The notes under the pieces were generated by a model. It was not told the DNA's origin. It saw only the letters and a list, made by a program, of their open reading frames with translations, and made no database searches. From an uncultured Pseudomonadales bacterium (lineage in GTDB: Bacteria; Patescibacteriota; Microgenomatia; UBA1400; PJMF01), in contig CAZWKL010000003.1 in assembly GCA_964633875.1 (NCBI GenBank), positions 7,849 to 71,848 on the forward strand: a stretch of 64,000 nucleotides of DNA, in the 5' to 3' direction. A program made the position numbers and the translations under genes. Positions 9,014-18,915 of this stretch are shown here, piece by piece (the stretch's first letter is position 1; each line of letters starts with the position of its first letter).

Positions 9014-9688
9014 ATGAAAACCCTGGTTTTTGCCGACACTCATCTGACTAACATTATTGAACCCGCTCTTTTCAAAAAGTTGGTGGAGCTGATTAGTGGC
9101 GTCGACAGAGTGATTATTAACGGCGATTTTTTTGAAAGCTACGTCACTGGTGTTGATGATTTTGTTAAGTCTGATTGGCGTTTGCTTTTTCCGTTGCTGC
9201 TGAAAAAAGAAACTATTTTTATTTACGGCAACCACGATTCGGCAAAAATGACGGGCGTGAAAGCCAAGTTGTTTTCACGAATTCAAACTGATTGTTACCA
9301 AATGAAGTTTGGCGATCAGGAAATAATTTTTATTCACGGTCACATTAAAGCGCCGGAATTTGACGATACTTTCCCCAAAATTACCCAGCGGTTTAAGCAT
9401 CATTACCACTTGATTTTTAATTTGCACCGGAGTAAAAGGTTGCTGGGAAGAATTTATACTTATTTGAAAAACTTCCACTATCGGGCCATGATGAGGAAAA
9501 TTGGCCAGTATGCGCTAGAAGAATTAAAAGAAAATCAGATCCTGATTGCCGGGCATTCTCACCAGAATATTGATGACCGGAAAAACCGGTTTATTAGCCT
9601 GGGGGCGTTTCAGCAAGGCACGGCTCATTACGTTGTTTTGGATGATAGCGATGGCAGCATTGAGATATTTAAGGAAAAATATGAGTAA
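9014..9688 (+). CDS. Calcineurin-like metallophosphoesterase
   Basis: ADTH, NGD, GNHD, HGH, GHSH motifs. Confidence 0.85.
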   Translation: MKTLVFADTHLTNIIEPALFKKLVELISGVDRVIINGDFFESYVTGVDDFVKSDWRLLFPLLLKKETIFIYGNHDSAKMTGVKAKLFSRIQTDCYQMKFGDQEIIFIHGHIKAPEFDDTFPKITQRFKHHYHLIFNLHRSKRLLGRIYTYLKNFHYRAMMRKIGQYALEELKENQILIAGHSHQNIDDRKNRFISLGAFQQGTAHYVVLDDSDGSIEIFKEKYE

Positions 9689-10739
9689 TTGGTTGAAAGC
9701 CAGAAATGATCGGCAATTTAGAGAAAAGCTACTAATTCGTGAAAAAGTGGTAGACGGCATCAGGTCGTTTTTCAAACAACAGGGTTTTCACGAAGTGGAA
9801 ACGCCTCTTTTGGTGCAACATCCGGGCACGGAACCTTATTTGGAAGTTTTTGAAACCGAGCTGAAAGTAGCGGGCGCGGGTTCAAAGCGGGGTTTTTTGC
9901 TCACCAGCCCGGAATTAGCAATGAAAAAGTTGCTGAGCGCCGGTTTTGGTAATATTTTTCAAATCTGCAAAAGTTTTCGCAACCAGGAGGGATTGAGTTC
10001 TTTTCACAATCCGGAGTTTACCATTCTCGAGTGGTACCGGACTGAAGCAGATTATAGGGCGATTATGGAGGATTGCGAGCAGCTGTTGCTTCACTTGCAC
10101 CGGCAAATCCATGGCGCGGCTGGTGGCAATATTTTGACTTATCAGGGTCGGGAGTATGATCTTGCTACTCCTTGGGAGCGAATTTCGGTGGCTGAGGCTT
10201 TTGCAAAGTATGGCGGCATTGATCTTGAAACTATGCTGTCCGAAGAAAAATTGCTTGAAGCAGCCGCTAAAAAAGGCTATCAACTTACTGATACCCACAC
10301 CTGGGAGCAAGCCTATCACCAGTTGTTTTTAAACGAGATTGAGCCGAATTTAGGCCAAGCCGCGCCCACCATTATTTATGATTATCCGGCTTCGCAGGCG
10401 GCTCTTTCTAAGAAAAAGGCTGATGATCCGAGACTGGCCGAGCGGTTTGAGTTTTATCTGGCTGGATTGGAGCTGGGCAATGCTTTTTCTGAGCTAACCG
10501 ACGCCGCCGAGCAAAAAGAACGCATGCTCAAGGAGCTCCGGGAGCGAAAAGACCTGGGTAAAACCGAGTTTGCTCTGGATAAAGAGTTTATCCAAGCGCT
10601 GGAATTGGGCCTGCCGGAGACAGGCGGCATCGCGGTGGGGGTTGACCGGCTAGTGATGCTTTTTGCCGATGCCTCCTCCGTGTCCGAGACTCTGCTCTTC
10701 CCCATCCAGGACGTCTTTGCTTTTCCAGAGGAGCAGTAA
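9681..10739 (+). CDS. epmA: EF-P lysyl ligase (GenX/PoxA)
   Basis: LysRS-II catalytic core lacking the anticodon domain (LTSPE, FRN, HNPEFTILEWY, GVDRL); adjacent to efp. Confidence 0.9.
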   Translation: MSNWLKARNDRQFREKLLIREKVVDGIRSFFKQQGFHEVETPLLVQHPGTEPYLEVFETELKVAGAGSKRGFLLTSPELAMKKLLSAGFGNIFQICKSFRNQEGLSSFHNPEFTILEWYRTEADYRAIMEDCEQLLLHLHRQIHGAAGGNILTYQGREYDLATPWERISVAEAFAKYGGIDLETMLSEEKLLEAAAKKGYQLTDTHTWEQAYHQLFLNEIEPNLGQAAPTIIYDYPASQAALSKKKADDPRLAERFEFYLAGLELGNAFSELTDAAEQKERMLKELRERKDLGKTEFALDKEFIQALELGLPETGGIAVGVDRLVMLFADASSVSETLLFPIQDVFAFPEEQ

Positions 10740-10752
10740 TACAATATACCCC

Positions 10753-11316
10753 ATGCCAACCATCAAAGCCGGAAATATCAGAAAAGGAATGTACCTCAAG
10801 TTTAAGGATCAGCCGTTTTTGGTGACCAAAACTGATTTTATGAGTCCGGGCAAAGGCTCTGCTTTCATGCGTATAAAAATGAAAAGCGTGAAAACGGGCA
10901 ATACTCAGGAATTTACCTATAAATCCACCGAGAGTGTTGAGGAGCTGGAAATTAACAGCCAAGAAATGCAGTATCTTTATCAGGATGCCAATAGCGTGGT
11001 TTTTATGAACCCGCGCTCTTATGAACAAGTGGAAATTCCCAGACAGTTGGTCCAAGACCAAGCTCAATTGCTAACTCCGGATGTCAAAGTTTACATCATG
11101 TTTTATGAAGGTGAAGCTATTGGTGTCAGTTTGCCGCCCAAAGTGACTCTGGAAGTGGTGGAAGCTCATCCGGCCGTAGCGGGTAACACTCAAGGCCAAG
11201 CGCGCAAAGAAGTGGTGATGGAAACCGGCCTCAAAGTCCAAGCGCCAATTTTCATTAACAAAGGCGACAAATTGATCATTGATACGGCCACCAAAACTTA
11301 TGTATCCAGGGGTTGA
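10753..11316 (+). CDS. efp: Elongation factor P
   Basis: SPGKGSAF loop; METGLKVQAPIFI; YVSR end. Confidence 0.95.
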   Translation: MPTIKAGNIRKGMYLKFKDQPFLVTKTDFMSPGKGSAFMRIKMKSVKTGNTQEFTYKSTESVEELEINSQEMQYLYQDANSVVFMNPRSYEQVEIPRQLVQDQAQLLTPDVKVYIMFYEGEAIGVSLPPKVTLEVVEAHPAVAGNTQGQARKEVVMETGLKVQAPIFINKGDKLIIDTATKTYVSRG

Positions 11317-11318
11317 GA

Positions 11319-12152
11319 CTAGTCTGATTTACGAGTTTTAATATTTGCTATCAGCTCCCTACACGATGGTATTGATCCCATTTCTTTTTCTTGCTTTTGT
11401 TCTGGAGGAGCCCAAGGGGGAAAGATTTCTCGATACTTACTGGAAGCCATGCCACCTTGCAGTCGCCACCAGATTTGCTCTGCTTCCTGCCGGGCTTGCT
11501 TGGGTGTCATGGTCGCCCAATTTGACTGATCCATATCAGTGGTATACATCCATGATTTTGGATAACCAGGGATAATCCTAAATGTTGCTGATGATAACTT
11601 ACCAATTAGATGACCATTAGTAGCTTCGGTTAGCCAGAGAGAACTTCCTTTCGCAGGGTTGACGAAAACCAAGTGAGTAACTCCATCGCTATCGTGCAAC
11701 ATTGTCAGTCCCGGCACTTGAGTCATGATTTGCATGGTCGAATTTGGATGAGATAAATTGTTTTTAGAAAGCACTAGGGTTGGCTCGGGATCAGCAATTT
11801 GTTGTTGTGTTAGTAGTTGGGATAAATCGGCCAGTAGTTCATTTTTACCACTATACGACGTTGAAGCTTCTAAGCCTGGGGGGCAAATAACATCTGCTGC
11901 TTGAAGAAAGATTGTATCCCTAGCGAATTTTGATGGAAAATTATTTTGTGGAGATTCTATGGGAAGAACTAAACCACTGTTTGGTTCAACTGCTAAACCC
12001 AGCTCTTTATAGAAAGATAACAAATCTTTTTGACTTATCTCATTGCCACCACAATATGTTCTTAGCAGTATTTCTACCGTCAATTGATCAGGCTGTTTGG
12101 TACTTATTGGCACTTCAGGGTTAGGCCACCTGTTTTCAGCACGATTGAACAT
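11319..12152 (-). CDS. Hypothetical protein
   Basis: 277-aa ORF with no recognised motif. Confidence 0.6.
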   Translation of the reverse strand: MFNRAENRWPNPEVPISTKQPDQLTVEILLRTYCGGNEISQKDLLSFYKELGLAVEPNSGLVLPIESPQNNFPSKFARDTIFLQAADVICPPGLEASTSYSGKNELLADLSQLLTQQQIADPEPTLVLSKNNLSHPNSTMQIMTQVPGLTMLHDSDGVTHLVFVNPAKGSSLWLTEATNGHLIGKLSSATFRIIPGYPKSWMYTTDMDQSNWATMTPKQARQEAEQIWWRLQGGMASSKYREIFPPWAPPEQKQEKEMGSIPSCRELIANIKTRKSD

Positions 12153-12198
12153 ACGCCCGCAGTATAGTACCGACCCTGGTATTATGCAGTGATCCCAA

Positions 12199-12759
12199 TC
12201 ACAAGGTTTTAAGAATTTTGGAAAGCTTGCGGGAAACGGTTTCCCGGGAAACTCCAGCCAGGTTGGCGATTTCTTGTTGAGTGAGTTTTTGAATCAAAGA
12301 ATGGGTATTGGCTCTTTTGGATTTGCACTCCAATTGTCTAATCACAACACCGATCTTATCCTCTGCTACGTTTAATTTTAAGGCGGAAACTTGTTCTGTC
12401 AGCACTAAAAAGGCTCTCAAAAAGGTGAGCAGCACTTCCTCCATAGACTCAGGGTGTTGGCGCAAATAATTTTGAAATTCCTTGACTGGGATGACATGAA
12501 CCTCAACTTCATCAAGGGTTTCGAAAGTGTAATTGTTGGTTCTTTTCAAAAGCGCTGCCGGCATGGGAATGATACAACCAACAGTAAAAAGTGACAGTAG
12601 GATGCAATTGCCGCTTGCCCCAGCATCATACATTTTTACAATACCCTGAGTGATGGCATAAACTTGGTGAGATTTGGTTCCCGGGTTGAGGATGATTTTG
12701 TTGGGAGGAAAATTTTTGACCGGAAATTGTTTAATCCAGTCCGATTGAATATGATTCAT
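12199..12759 (-). CDS. Crp/Fnr family transcriptional regulator
   Basis: cNMP-like N-domain; LTQQEIANLAGVSRETVSR HTH. Confidence 0.88.
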   Translation of the reverse strand: MNHIQSDWIKQFPVKNFPPNKIILNPGTKSHQVYAITQGIVKMYDAGASGNCILLSLFTVGCIIPMPAALLKRTNNYTFETLDEVEVHVIPVKEFQNYLRQHPESMEEVLLTFLRAFLVLTEQVSALKLNVAEDKIGVVIRQLECKSKRANTHSLIQKLTQQEIANLAGVSRETVSRKLSKILKTL

Positions 12760-12774
12760 TTTCTTTATTATACA

Positions 12775-14151
12775 TCAAAGAAAAGCCTCTTTAAAAAGAA
12801 TGGTTAAAAAGTAGGCGAAGAAAATGAAAGCGGCCAGCATAATAATGACTCTGATTTTGCTGGGCTGGTAATTTTGTTGCAACTTCATTCTGTTAAGGAG
12901 ATAAACAAACAAGAACGACATCATCATGGCTGCGGCGTTTAGGACTGCGCTCAAGGTTAACAGCACCCTTGGCTCCTGAAAACCCATGAGGTAAATGACG
13001 ATTCCGAGTATAATTTGTCCCCAGAGCGCGGCATAAAAAGCCAAGGACATGTTCATCTTTTTGCCCTTCCGGTAGAAAAGCAACAAAACATTTTCAGAAA
13101 TTACCCGGGAAGATGATTCCAATACTCCTACTTGGGTGGAAAAAAGCATCAGCGCTGATACCAGCAGGAAAAATACCCCGACAATGGGGGTTAATGACTG
13201 GGAAATGGCGGCGCTTTCCGCATAAAGGAAAGACAGCCCTTCTTCGGCCGGCGTGCCAAAAACCAAGGCCTTGGCCATCACCGCTAAGATCATGATAGTG
13301 ACAAAGCCCAGGCCCCAAAAAATAATAAAGTGTTCCAGATTGACCAACCGCCACCAGCTTTGCCAGCGGCTTTGGTTGGTTTTGGTGGAAGCAAAAGTTT
13401 CGCCTTCCATTTTAGTGGCCTTAGTTTTGCCGGAAAACAAGGAGGAAATTTTATCCATATAATGCCCCATGCCAAAGCCTTTTTCTTTGATGTAGTAAGA
13501 CTGAGCCAAGTTGAGGTTGCCACCGGCGCCGGAATAGGCAAAAGCGCCTAAAAATGCTGCCAGCGCTACCCCAGGCGGAAAGAGCCACCAACCGTCTCCT
13601 CTGCCAATCAACCCCCAGCCGGCTTCAATCCAATCCTGCTTACCAGTGAGCAGCAAGGTTAGCACTAGCATGAATGGCAGACCAATGAAAATGATGGCTT
13701 TTTGGAAGGTTTCCATGGTTTTGTAGACGGTGCTGCCGGCCGAAAGCAACAAACCAGTGAGCAACAAAAGGGCAAGAGCGATGGGCTTTTCCGGTATAAA
13801 GGGGAAAAGGGTGGCTAAAACATTGGAGGCGGCGCTGGAAAAACCAGGCAAAGACCAGGGAATAAAGGTGGAAATAATGTACCAAATGGTAATAATAATG
13901 CTCAGCCGCCGAAAGCCCATGAAAACACTTTCGCCCCAAGCCAGGCTGTAGCGCATGACTTCGGTGTTGAGGACAAACTGAAAACTAATACCCAAAAGCG
14001 CTCCCCAAAGTAGTCCGAGGCCGTAGTTGGCAGCTAGATATGGCCACAAAATTAGCTCGCCGCTGCCCAGAGCCAGGCCCAACAAGATGAATGAAGGCCC
14101 AAGGGTTTGCCATAAGCTGATTGGTTTGGGCAGGTCTTTTTGTTTGGCCAT
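12775..14151 (-). CDS. Nramp-like divalent metal/solute transporter
   Basis: LGPSFILLGLALGSGELILWP motif; about 11 TM helices. Confidence 0.75.
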   Translation of the reverse strand: MAKQKDLPKPISLWQTLGPSFILLGLALGSGELILWPYLAANYGLGLLWGALLGISFQFVLNTEVMRYSLAWGESVFMGFRRLSIIITIWYIISTFIPWSLPGFSSAASNVLATLFPFIPEKPIALALLLLTGLLLSAGSTVYKTMETFQKAIIFIGLPFMLVLTLLLTGKQDWIEAGWGLIGRGDGWWLFPPGVALAAFLGAFAYSGAGGNLNLAQSYYIKEKGFGMGHYMDKISSLFSGKTKATKMEGETFASTKTNQSRWQSWWRLVNLEHFIIFWGLGFVTIMILAVMAKALVFGTPAEEGLSFLYAESAAISQSLTPIVGVFFLLVSALMLFSTQVGVLESSSRVISENVLLLFYRKGKKMNMSLAFYAALWGQIILGIVIYLMGFQEPRVLLTLSAVLNAAAMMMSFLFVYLLNRMKLQQNYQPSKIRVIIMLAAFIFFAYFLTILFKEAFL

Positions 14152-14276
14152 AGCGTTTGAATTAATATTTTAGTATAGCCAATTCTGGGTCGGCTTGTTA
14201 AGTGGCATTCAATCTGACCCACTAACACTTTTCTAGTAGTGAGCCAACGCAACGGAGTTTTGTAAGGTCCCTTGAA

Positions 14277-14365
14277 GTTTGTTAACTATTAACAAGAACT
14301 AACAACAGCTAGTAAATGTTGTTAACTATTAACAAAGTCCAAGTAGTGGTGGCAAAGCAGACTGG
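14277..14365 (+). repeat. 89-bp intergenic repeat, copy 1
   Basis: Exact reverse complement of 48378-48466; contains two TTGTTAA-cta-TTAACAA palindromes 40 bp apart. Confidence 0.9.
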
Positions 14366-14473
14366 CACATACTAGCTTTAGTCTGGCAGACCAGACAAGC
14401 AGCCACGACAATTATCGAACTCATTGTGAATATTTCACGCGATTATTACAATCTGCCCTTATATTACGAGTAT

Positions 14474-14917
14474 ATGAGGATAGTTAGCACTGCTTTTAAT
14501 GATGGTAGTATGATTCCCGAAAGATATACTTGTGTGGGAGAAAATGTTAATCCACCTTTTGAATTTTACGATTTGCCCATGGGTACAGAGTCGCTTGCCT
14601 TGATTATGGACGATTTAGATACGCCGTACGAAGTTGCGCACTGGCTTTTTTGGGACTTCGATCCGAGTATTTTGGATTACATCAGGGATAATTTGGTGCC
14701 ATCTTATGTGGTAGAAGGTAAAAATAATTTTGGTGGCAATCATTATACCGGTCCCTGTCCTCCTGAAGGGGAAATTCACCGTTATCGTTTTCGGATTTAT
14801 GCAGTCAATACCAAGTCAATTGGCTTGAGTGCGGATTCGGAAAAACATCACTTGGAAGAGGTGATGCAACAGTATTTGCTGGCTGAAGCGTCAGTTACTG
14901 GGCAGTTTGGCAGATGA
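14474..14917 (+). CDS. YbhB/YbcL (PEBP) family protein
   Basis: LALIMDDLD, AHW, YTGPCPP, HRYRF motifs. Confidence 0.88.
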   Translation: MRIVSTAFNDGSMIPERYTCVGENVNPPFEFYDLPMGTESLALIMDDLDTPYEVAHWLFWDFDPSILDYIRDNLVPSYVVEGKNNFGGNHYTGPCPPEGEIHRYRFRIYAVNTKSIGLSADSEKHHLEEVMQQYLLAEASVTGQFGR

Positions 14918-14918
14918 G

Positions 14919-16172
14919 TCAAGCTATTTCCCGTTCAATTTCCATTAGGCGGTTATATTTAGAAACCCGCTCGCCTCTGGTGGGGCCGACTTTGATGTAA
15001 TCAGCGCCAACGGCCACAGCCAAATCCACCATGCTGGTGTCGTTGGTTTCACCCCCGCCGCGGTGCGAAGGAACGATAGTGAGGTTGTGTTCTTTGGCTA
15101 GTTTGCAGGCGGCCACAGTTTCAGTGAGGGTGCCGATCTGGTTGAGCTTGATTAAGATACCGGAAACAGCTTTTCTTTGAATGGCTTCATCAAGTCTTTT
15201 AACATCAGTGACAGTTAGGTCGTCGCCAATGTGAGGGACGTGATGCTGTTGTGCGACCGGTAGAAAATCAATCCAAGCTTGCCAGTCGTCTTCAGCGAAC
15301 ATGTCTTCCAGAGTGGCAATCGGGTATTGATTGAGCCAGCTTTCATAATATTTTTGAAGTTGGGCGGCAGTGAGGACGCGATTTTCCAGTTTGAGATGAT
15401 ACTTGCCGTCTTGATAAAACTCACTGGCGGCCGGATCGAGAGAGATGCTGATATCTTTGCCAGGCTGATAACCGGCCTTTTCAATGGCTTGCAAGATATA
15501 GGCAAACGGCGCTTCGTTGGATGAGATGTTTTCCGGAGCAAAGGCGCCCTCGTTACCGACATTGGTGGAAAGCTTGTTGTCTTGCAGGACTTGCTTGAGT
15601 TGATGGTAGCTTTCGAGAACCTGGCGAATATTTTCCGCTCTGCTGTCAGGGCCAATGGCCGACATGCAGTATTCTTGCATATCGGTGGTGTTGTGGGCGT
15701 GTTTTCCGCCTTCGATGACTACCATCATTGGGTTGGGCAGCCGCCAAGGTGTAGTGATATTAAAAGTCTGGCGCAGATGTTGAAAAAGCTGCTGTTTTTT
15801 GGCCGCCGAGGCTGCCTTGGCGGCTGCCAGTGACACTGCCAAAATAGCGTTGCCCCCCAGATTAGTCTTATTTTCAGTCCCGTCCAGCGCCAACATAATC
15901 CCATCAACTTCACTCTGATCTTCAGGAGATTTGCCCACTAGCGCCGGGGCGATGATCTCTTTAACATTGGCCACTGCCTTTAACACCCCCTTGCCCTGAT
16001 ACCGGTGGACATCCCCGTCTGTTAGCACCGCTGCTTCATGGGTCCCGGCAGATGCCCCATATGGTACCGATGCCTTGCCTAGATGACCGGTATCAAGTGC
16101 TACCACCGCCTCAACCGTAGGATAGCCGCCCGAGGCGATAATCTCGTAAGCCGTAATATGGATGATTTTCAT
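14919..16172 (-). CDS. eno: Enolase
   Basis: GYPTVEA, VPYGASAG, GNEGAFAP, IKLNQIGT, SHRGGGET, RGERVSKYN. Confidence 0.93.
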   Translation of the reverse strand: MKIIHITAYEIIASGGYPTVEAVVALDTGHLGKASVPYGASAGTHEAAVLTDGDVHRYQGKGVLKAVANVKEIIAPALVGKSPEDQSEVDGIMLALDGTENKTNLGGNAILAVSLAAAKAASAAKKQQLFQHLRQTFNITTPWRLPNPMMVVIEGGKHAHNTTDMQEYCMSAIGPDSRAENIRQVLESYHQLKQVLQDNKLSTNVGNEGAFAPENISSNEAPFAYILQAIEKAGYQPGKDISISLDPAASEFYQDGKYHLKLENRVLTAAQLQKYYESWLNQYPIATLEDMFAEDDWQAWIDFLPVAQQHHVPHIGDDLTVTDVKRLDEAIQRKAVSGILIKLNQIGTLTETVAACKLAKEHNLTIVPSHRGGGETNDTSMVDLAVAVGADYIKVGPTRGERVSKYNRLMEIEREIA

Positions 16173-16225
16173 AAAATTAGCATAACAGCATTTCTTATTC
16201 TTTAGCAATTAGGTATGATTAAAAC

Positions 16226-17242
16226 ATGGAAAATAATTGGTTGCGCCACGCCAAACAAAATCTCAAAAATCTCAAGCTACCGAAGAACGCGGCTGCCCAT
16301 CATATTGATACCACCATCCCGGTGGCCTACTCAACCGAGAGCATCGGTGAGGCTCGGGCTCGCATTATTGCTCAAATTCAAGATCACGACAGCATCAATT
16401 ATGTTTATGTTTTAACCAAAGGCAATAAATTAACCGGTGTTTTCTCATTTAGTAAATTATTGATTGAACCACCCGAAAAGCTTGTTAGTGAAGTGATGGT
16501 CACCTCAGTTCACTCTAGCAGTCCGCACATCAGTCAAGAAAAAGTAGCCAACTTCGCTCTTAAGCACAGCATTAAATCAGTTCCTATTATCGATAGTAAA
16601 AACAATTTTCTTGGAGTAGTACCCAACGACAAAATTTTATCAATCCTCCAAAGAGAACATCGGGAAGATATTTATAAATCTGCCGGTATTTTAGGTTATG
16701 AATCCGGGCACCACGACACTTTAAGCGAATCAGTGCTGAGCTCGTTTTGGAAAAGGGCGCCTTGGATTGTTATTGGCTTGTTTGGCGGTTTTTTAGCGGC
16801 AGAAATTGTTGGTTCATTTGCCCAGACGCTTGAAAAGAACTTAATTTTAGCCGCCTTTATTCCTCTAATTGTTTACATCAGTGCGGCTGTCGGCAATCAA
16901 ACCCAAACTCTTTTTATCAGAGACCTGGTAGTGAGAGCAAAAATTCCGATGGTGACTTATTTTCTCAAACAAATTATCATCACTAGCCTCATTGCTTTAC
17001 TTTGTGGCTTGCTCATTTATTTATCGATTTTTATCTTGTGGCAAACAGCCTATCTGGGAATGGTAGTGGGCCTAGCTGGTATTATTGCCATTATCTTTTC
17101 CACTTTTATCTCAATTATTATTCCTTACATTTTGAACAAATTGGGCCAGGATCCTGCTAACGGCAGCGGACCATTTGCCACTATTTTGTTGGATATTGCC
17201 AGTATCACCATTTATTTAAGTGTAGCTACCATCATGCTGTAA
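16226..17242 (+). CDS. mgtE: MgtE-family magnesium transporter
   Basis: CBS pair; KRAPW, GNQTQT, DPANGSGPFATILLD. Confidence 0.85.
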   Translation: MENNWLRHAKQNLKNLKLPKNAAAHHIDTTIPVAYSTESIGEARARIIAQIQDHDSINYVYVLTKGNKLTGVFSFSKLLIEPPEKLVSEVMVTSVHSSSPHISQEKVANFALKHSIKSVPIIDSKNNFLGVVPNDKILSILQREHREDIYKSAGILGYESGHHDTLSESVLSSFWKRAPWIVIGLFGGFLAAEIVGSFAQTLEKNLILAAFIPLIVYISAAVGNQTQTLFIRDLVVRAKIPMVTYFLKQIIITSLIALLCGLLIYLSIFILWQTAYLGMVVGLAGIIAIIFSTFISIIIPYILNKLGQDPANGSGPFATILLDIASITIYLSVATIML

Positions 17243-17258
17243 CAGTTATACTGAACAG

Positions 17259-17975
17259 ATGGAAATTCTTTTTTTGGCGCTGACTTTTTTTCTTGCCGGC
17301 ATGGGCGCGGAGCTGATTGGCTTTGGGGTGTCTACTATTTCCATGTCATTACTGCCTTTTGTGTTGCCTCTGCAAGTAGTGATCCCTCTGGTAGCCATTA
17401 TTTCGTTGATTGCCACTGCTATTGTGGCTTACAAAACTAAAACCAATGGTCTCACCAAGTTGCTGCTGCCCCTTTTTGGCGGTTCTCTGGTGGGCATTCC
17501 TTTTGGGCTGATGTCTTTGGGTTCAATTGACGAGCGTTTGCTGGCGACAATTTTGGGAGTGATGCTGATTTTGGTGGCAGTTTACAATTTGTTCGCCAAA
17601 AAGATGCCGATTCCCTACCAAAAGAAACGAGTGGGAGCGGCGGTTGGTTTAATGGCCGGATTTTTTGGAGCTACTTTGAATATTAACGGCCCGCTGCTCG
17701 GCATCCATGCCGCTAATAACAAGCGCAACTCCGCGGCCAAACGCAAGGACATCATTGCTACTTATATGTTCGTGACGGGCGTGTTTATTGTTTTTGGCCA
17801 TACTTTTGCCGGCAGAGTTACTGGAACCGTGATTACTCACAGTGTTTTGTCACTGCCCTTTTTGGCGTTGGGTATTTTCGTGGGGGCAAAGTTGTTTAAA
17901 AAACTCAATTCGCTTTGGCTGCGTTACCTCATTTATTTGATGGTGATTATTGCCGGTTTACTGTTGATCATTTGA
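17259..17975 (+). CDS. TauE/SafE sulfite exporter family protein
   Basis: Multi-TM with IGFG and INGP motifs. Confidence 0.75.
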   Translation: MEILFLALTFFLAGMGAELIGFGVSTISMSLLPFVLPLQVVIPLVAIISLIATAIVAYKTKTNGLTKLLLPLFGGSLVGIPFGLMSLGSIDERLLATILGVMLILVAVYNLFAKKMPIPYQKKRVGAAVGLMAGFFGATLNINGPLLGIHAANNKRNSAAKRKDIIATYMFVTGVFIVFGHTFAGRVTGTVITHSVLSLPFLALGIFVGAKLFKKLNSLWLRYLIYLMVIIAGLLLII

Positions 17976-17979
17976 AAGT

Positions 17980-18170
17980 TTATTGGCACTGAGCGTCGCA
18001 GGCGATGCCGTCGCTATCTCTATCTCTGGCCTTGCAAGCACTTGGGTTCCACAAGCCGAGCTCTTTATCTTGGGCCTCTTTCTGTGCCGCTTTGTATTGC
18101 TCAAGATATTTGTGGGGTGAGTTGCCATATGGACTTGATTGAGCAAAGCCAAGCTTCATCAGTTTCATGA
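17980..18170 (-). pseudogene. Thermonuclease C-terminal / excalibur fragment
   Basis: LGFAQ..AQKEAQDKELGLWN..DRDSDGIACD; catalytic N-half absent. Confidence 0.55.
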
Positions 18171-18261
18171 CCCAATCTCTTAATTCGATCCTATAATTTA
18201 CTACAGGACATCTTTGAGCAATTGTCAAACAGTGTCGAGGGAACTATCTTTTTCCACCTAT

Positions 18262-18735
18262 TCAGAATAAAAGCTTATCAACATCGGCAGAAGTGTATAT
18301 TTTCACATTCCTAATTTTATTCAGCTCCAGCCACTCCGGTCTACCGACATACTGTTTTTCTTGTTCGTTCAGAAACTCAGTGCTCAGCTCGCCGCCCACT
18401 ATTTGGCACTGATAGTACAAATGAATCGAGTGGACAAAAGTGCCTTTGAAAGGTAGCTTAAAAAAAGAATTCGAACAATGAAGAATTTTTTTGACTGTTA
18501 TATCAACCCCAGTTTCTTCTTTTACTTCTCTGATTAGGGCCGACTCTGTAGGTTCCCCAAGCTCGATACCACCGCCCGGGAAATCATAGCCGTCCCACTG
18601 TTTGGACATGAGGATTTGACCATCTTTAATAATCACCGCGTACACCGCAGGACGGAAGGCCAGCTCGTTTGCCGAAACTTGGTAGGTGTTGCCTTCTATG
18701 TCTTTGCAAGTAACGATTTGAGGGGAAGTTTTCAT
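18262..18735 (-). CDS. NUDIX hydrolase
   Basis: GGGIELGEPTESALIREVKEETG Nudix box. Confidence 0.9.
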   Translation of the reverse strand: MKTSPQIVTCKDIEGNTYQVSANELAFRPAVYAVIIKDGQILMSKQWDGYDFPGGGIELGEPTESALIREVKEETGVDITVKKILHCSNSFFKLPFKGTFVHSIHLYYQCQIVGGELSTEFLNEQEKQYVGRPEWLELNKIRNVKIYTSADVDKLLF

Positions 18736-18915
18736 GGGGTGATTGTAGCACAAGGAAGCCTTAATTTGCTCATCACCTTATTTGATTAAAACTGCCGATT
18801 TGCCGGTAATGGCGCAATTGGCTGCTGCCCTGGCTCAGGAAAGATTTACGAGTGAAGATATTAAAGATGGAACTGCGACTTTGTGGGAGACAGAGTAGTT
18901 GATCAATAAAATTTT

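Noticed and set aside
14279-14335. 17-bp repeat with 23-bp spacer as a mini-CRISPR
   Set aside because: Only two short repeats, the same spacer at both loci, and no cas genes.
18732-18741. TCATGGGGTG, a 10-bp match to the LSR-2/tRNA-His junction (34719-34728)
   Set aside because: It coincides with the Nudix start context (TACAAT-cacccc-ATG, similar to efp), would place the tRNA CCA on that ATG, and gives only a 7-residue tail. Kept as a less likely alternative left end.
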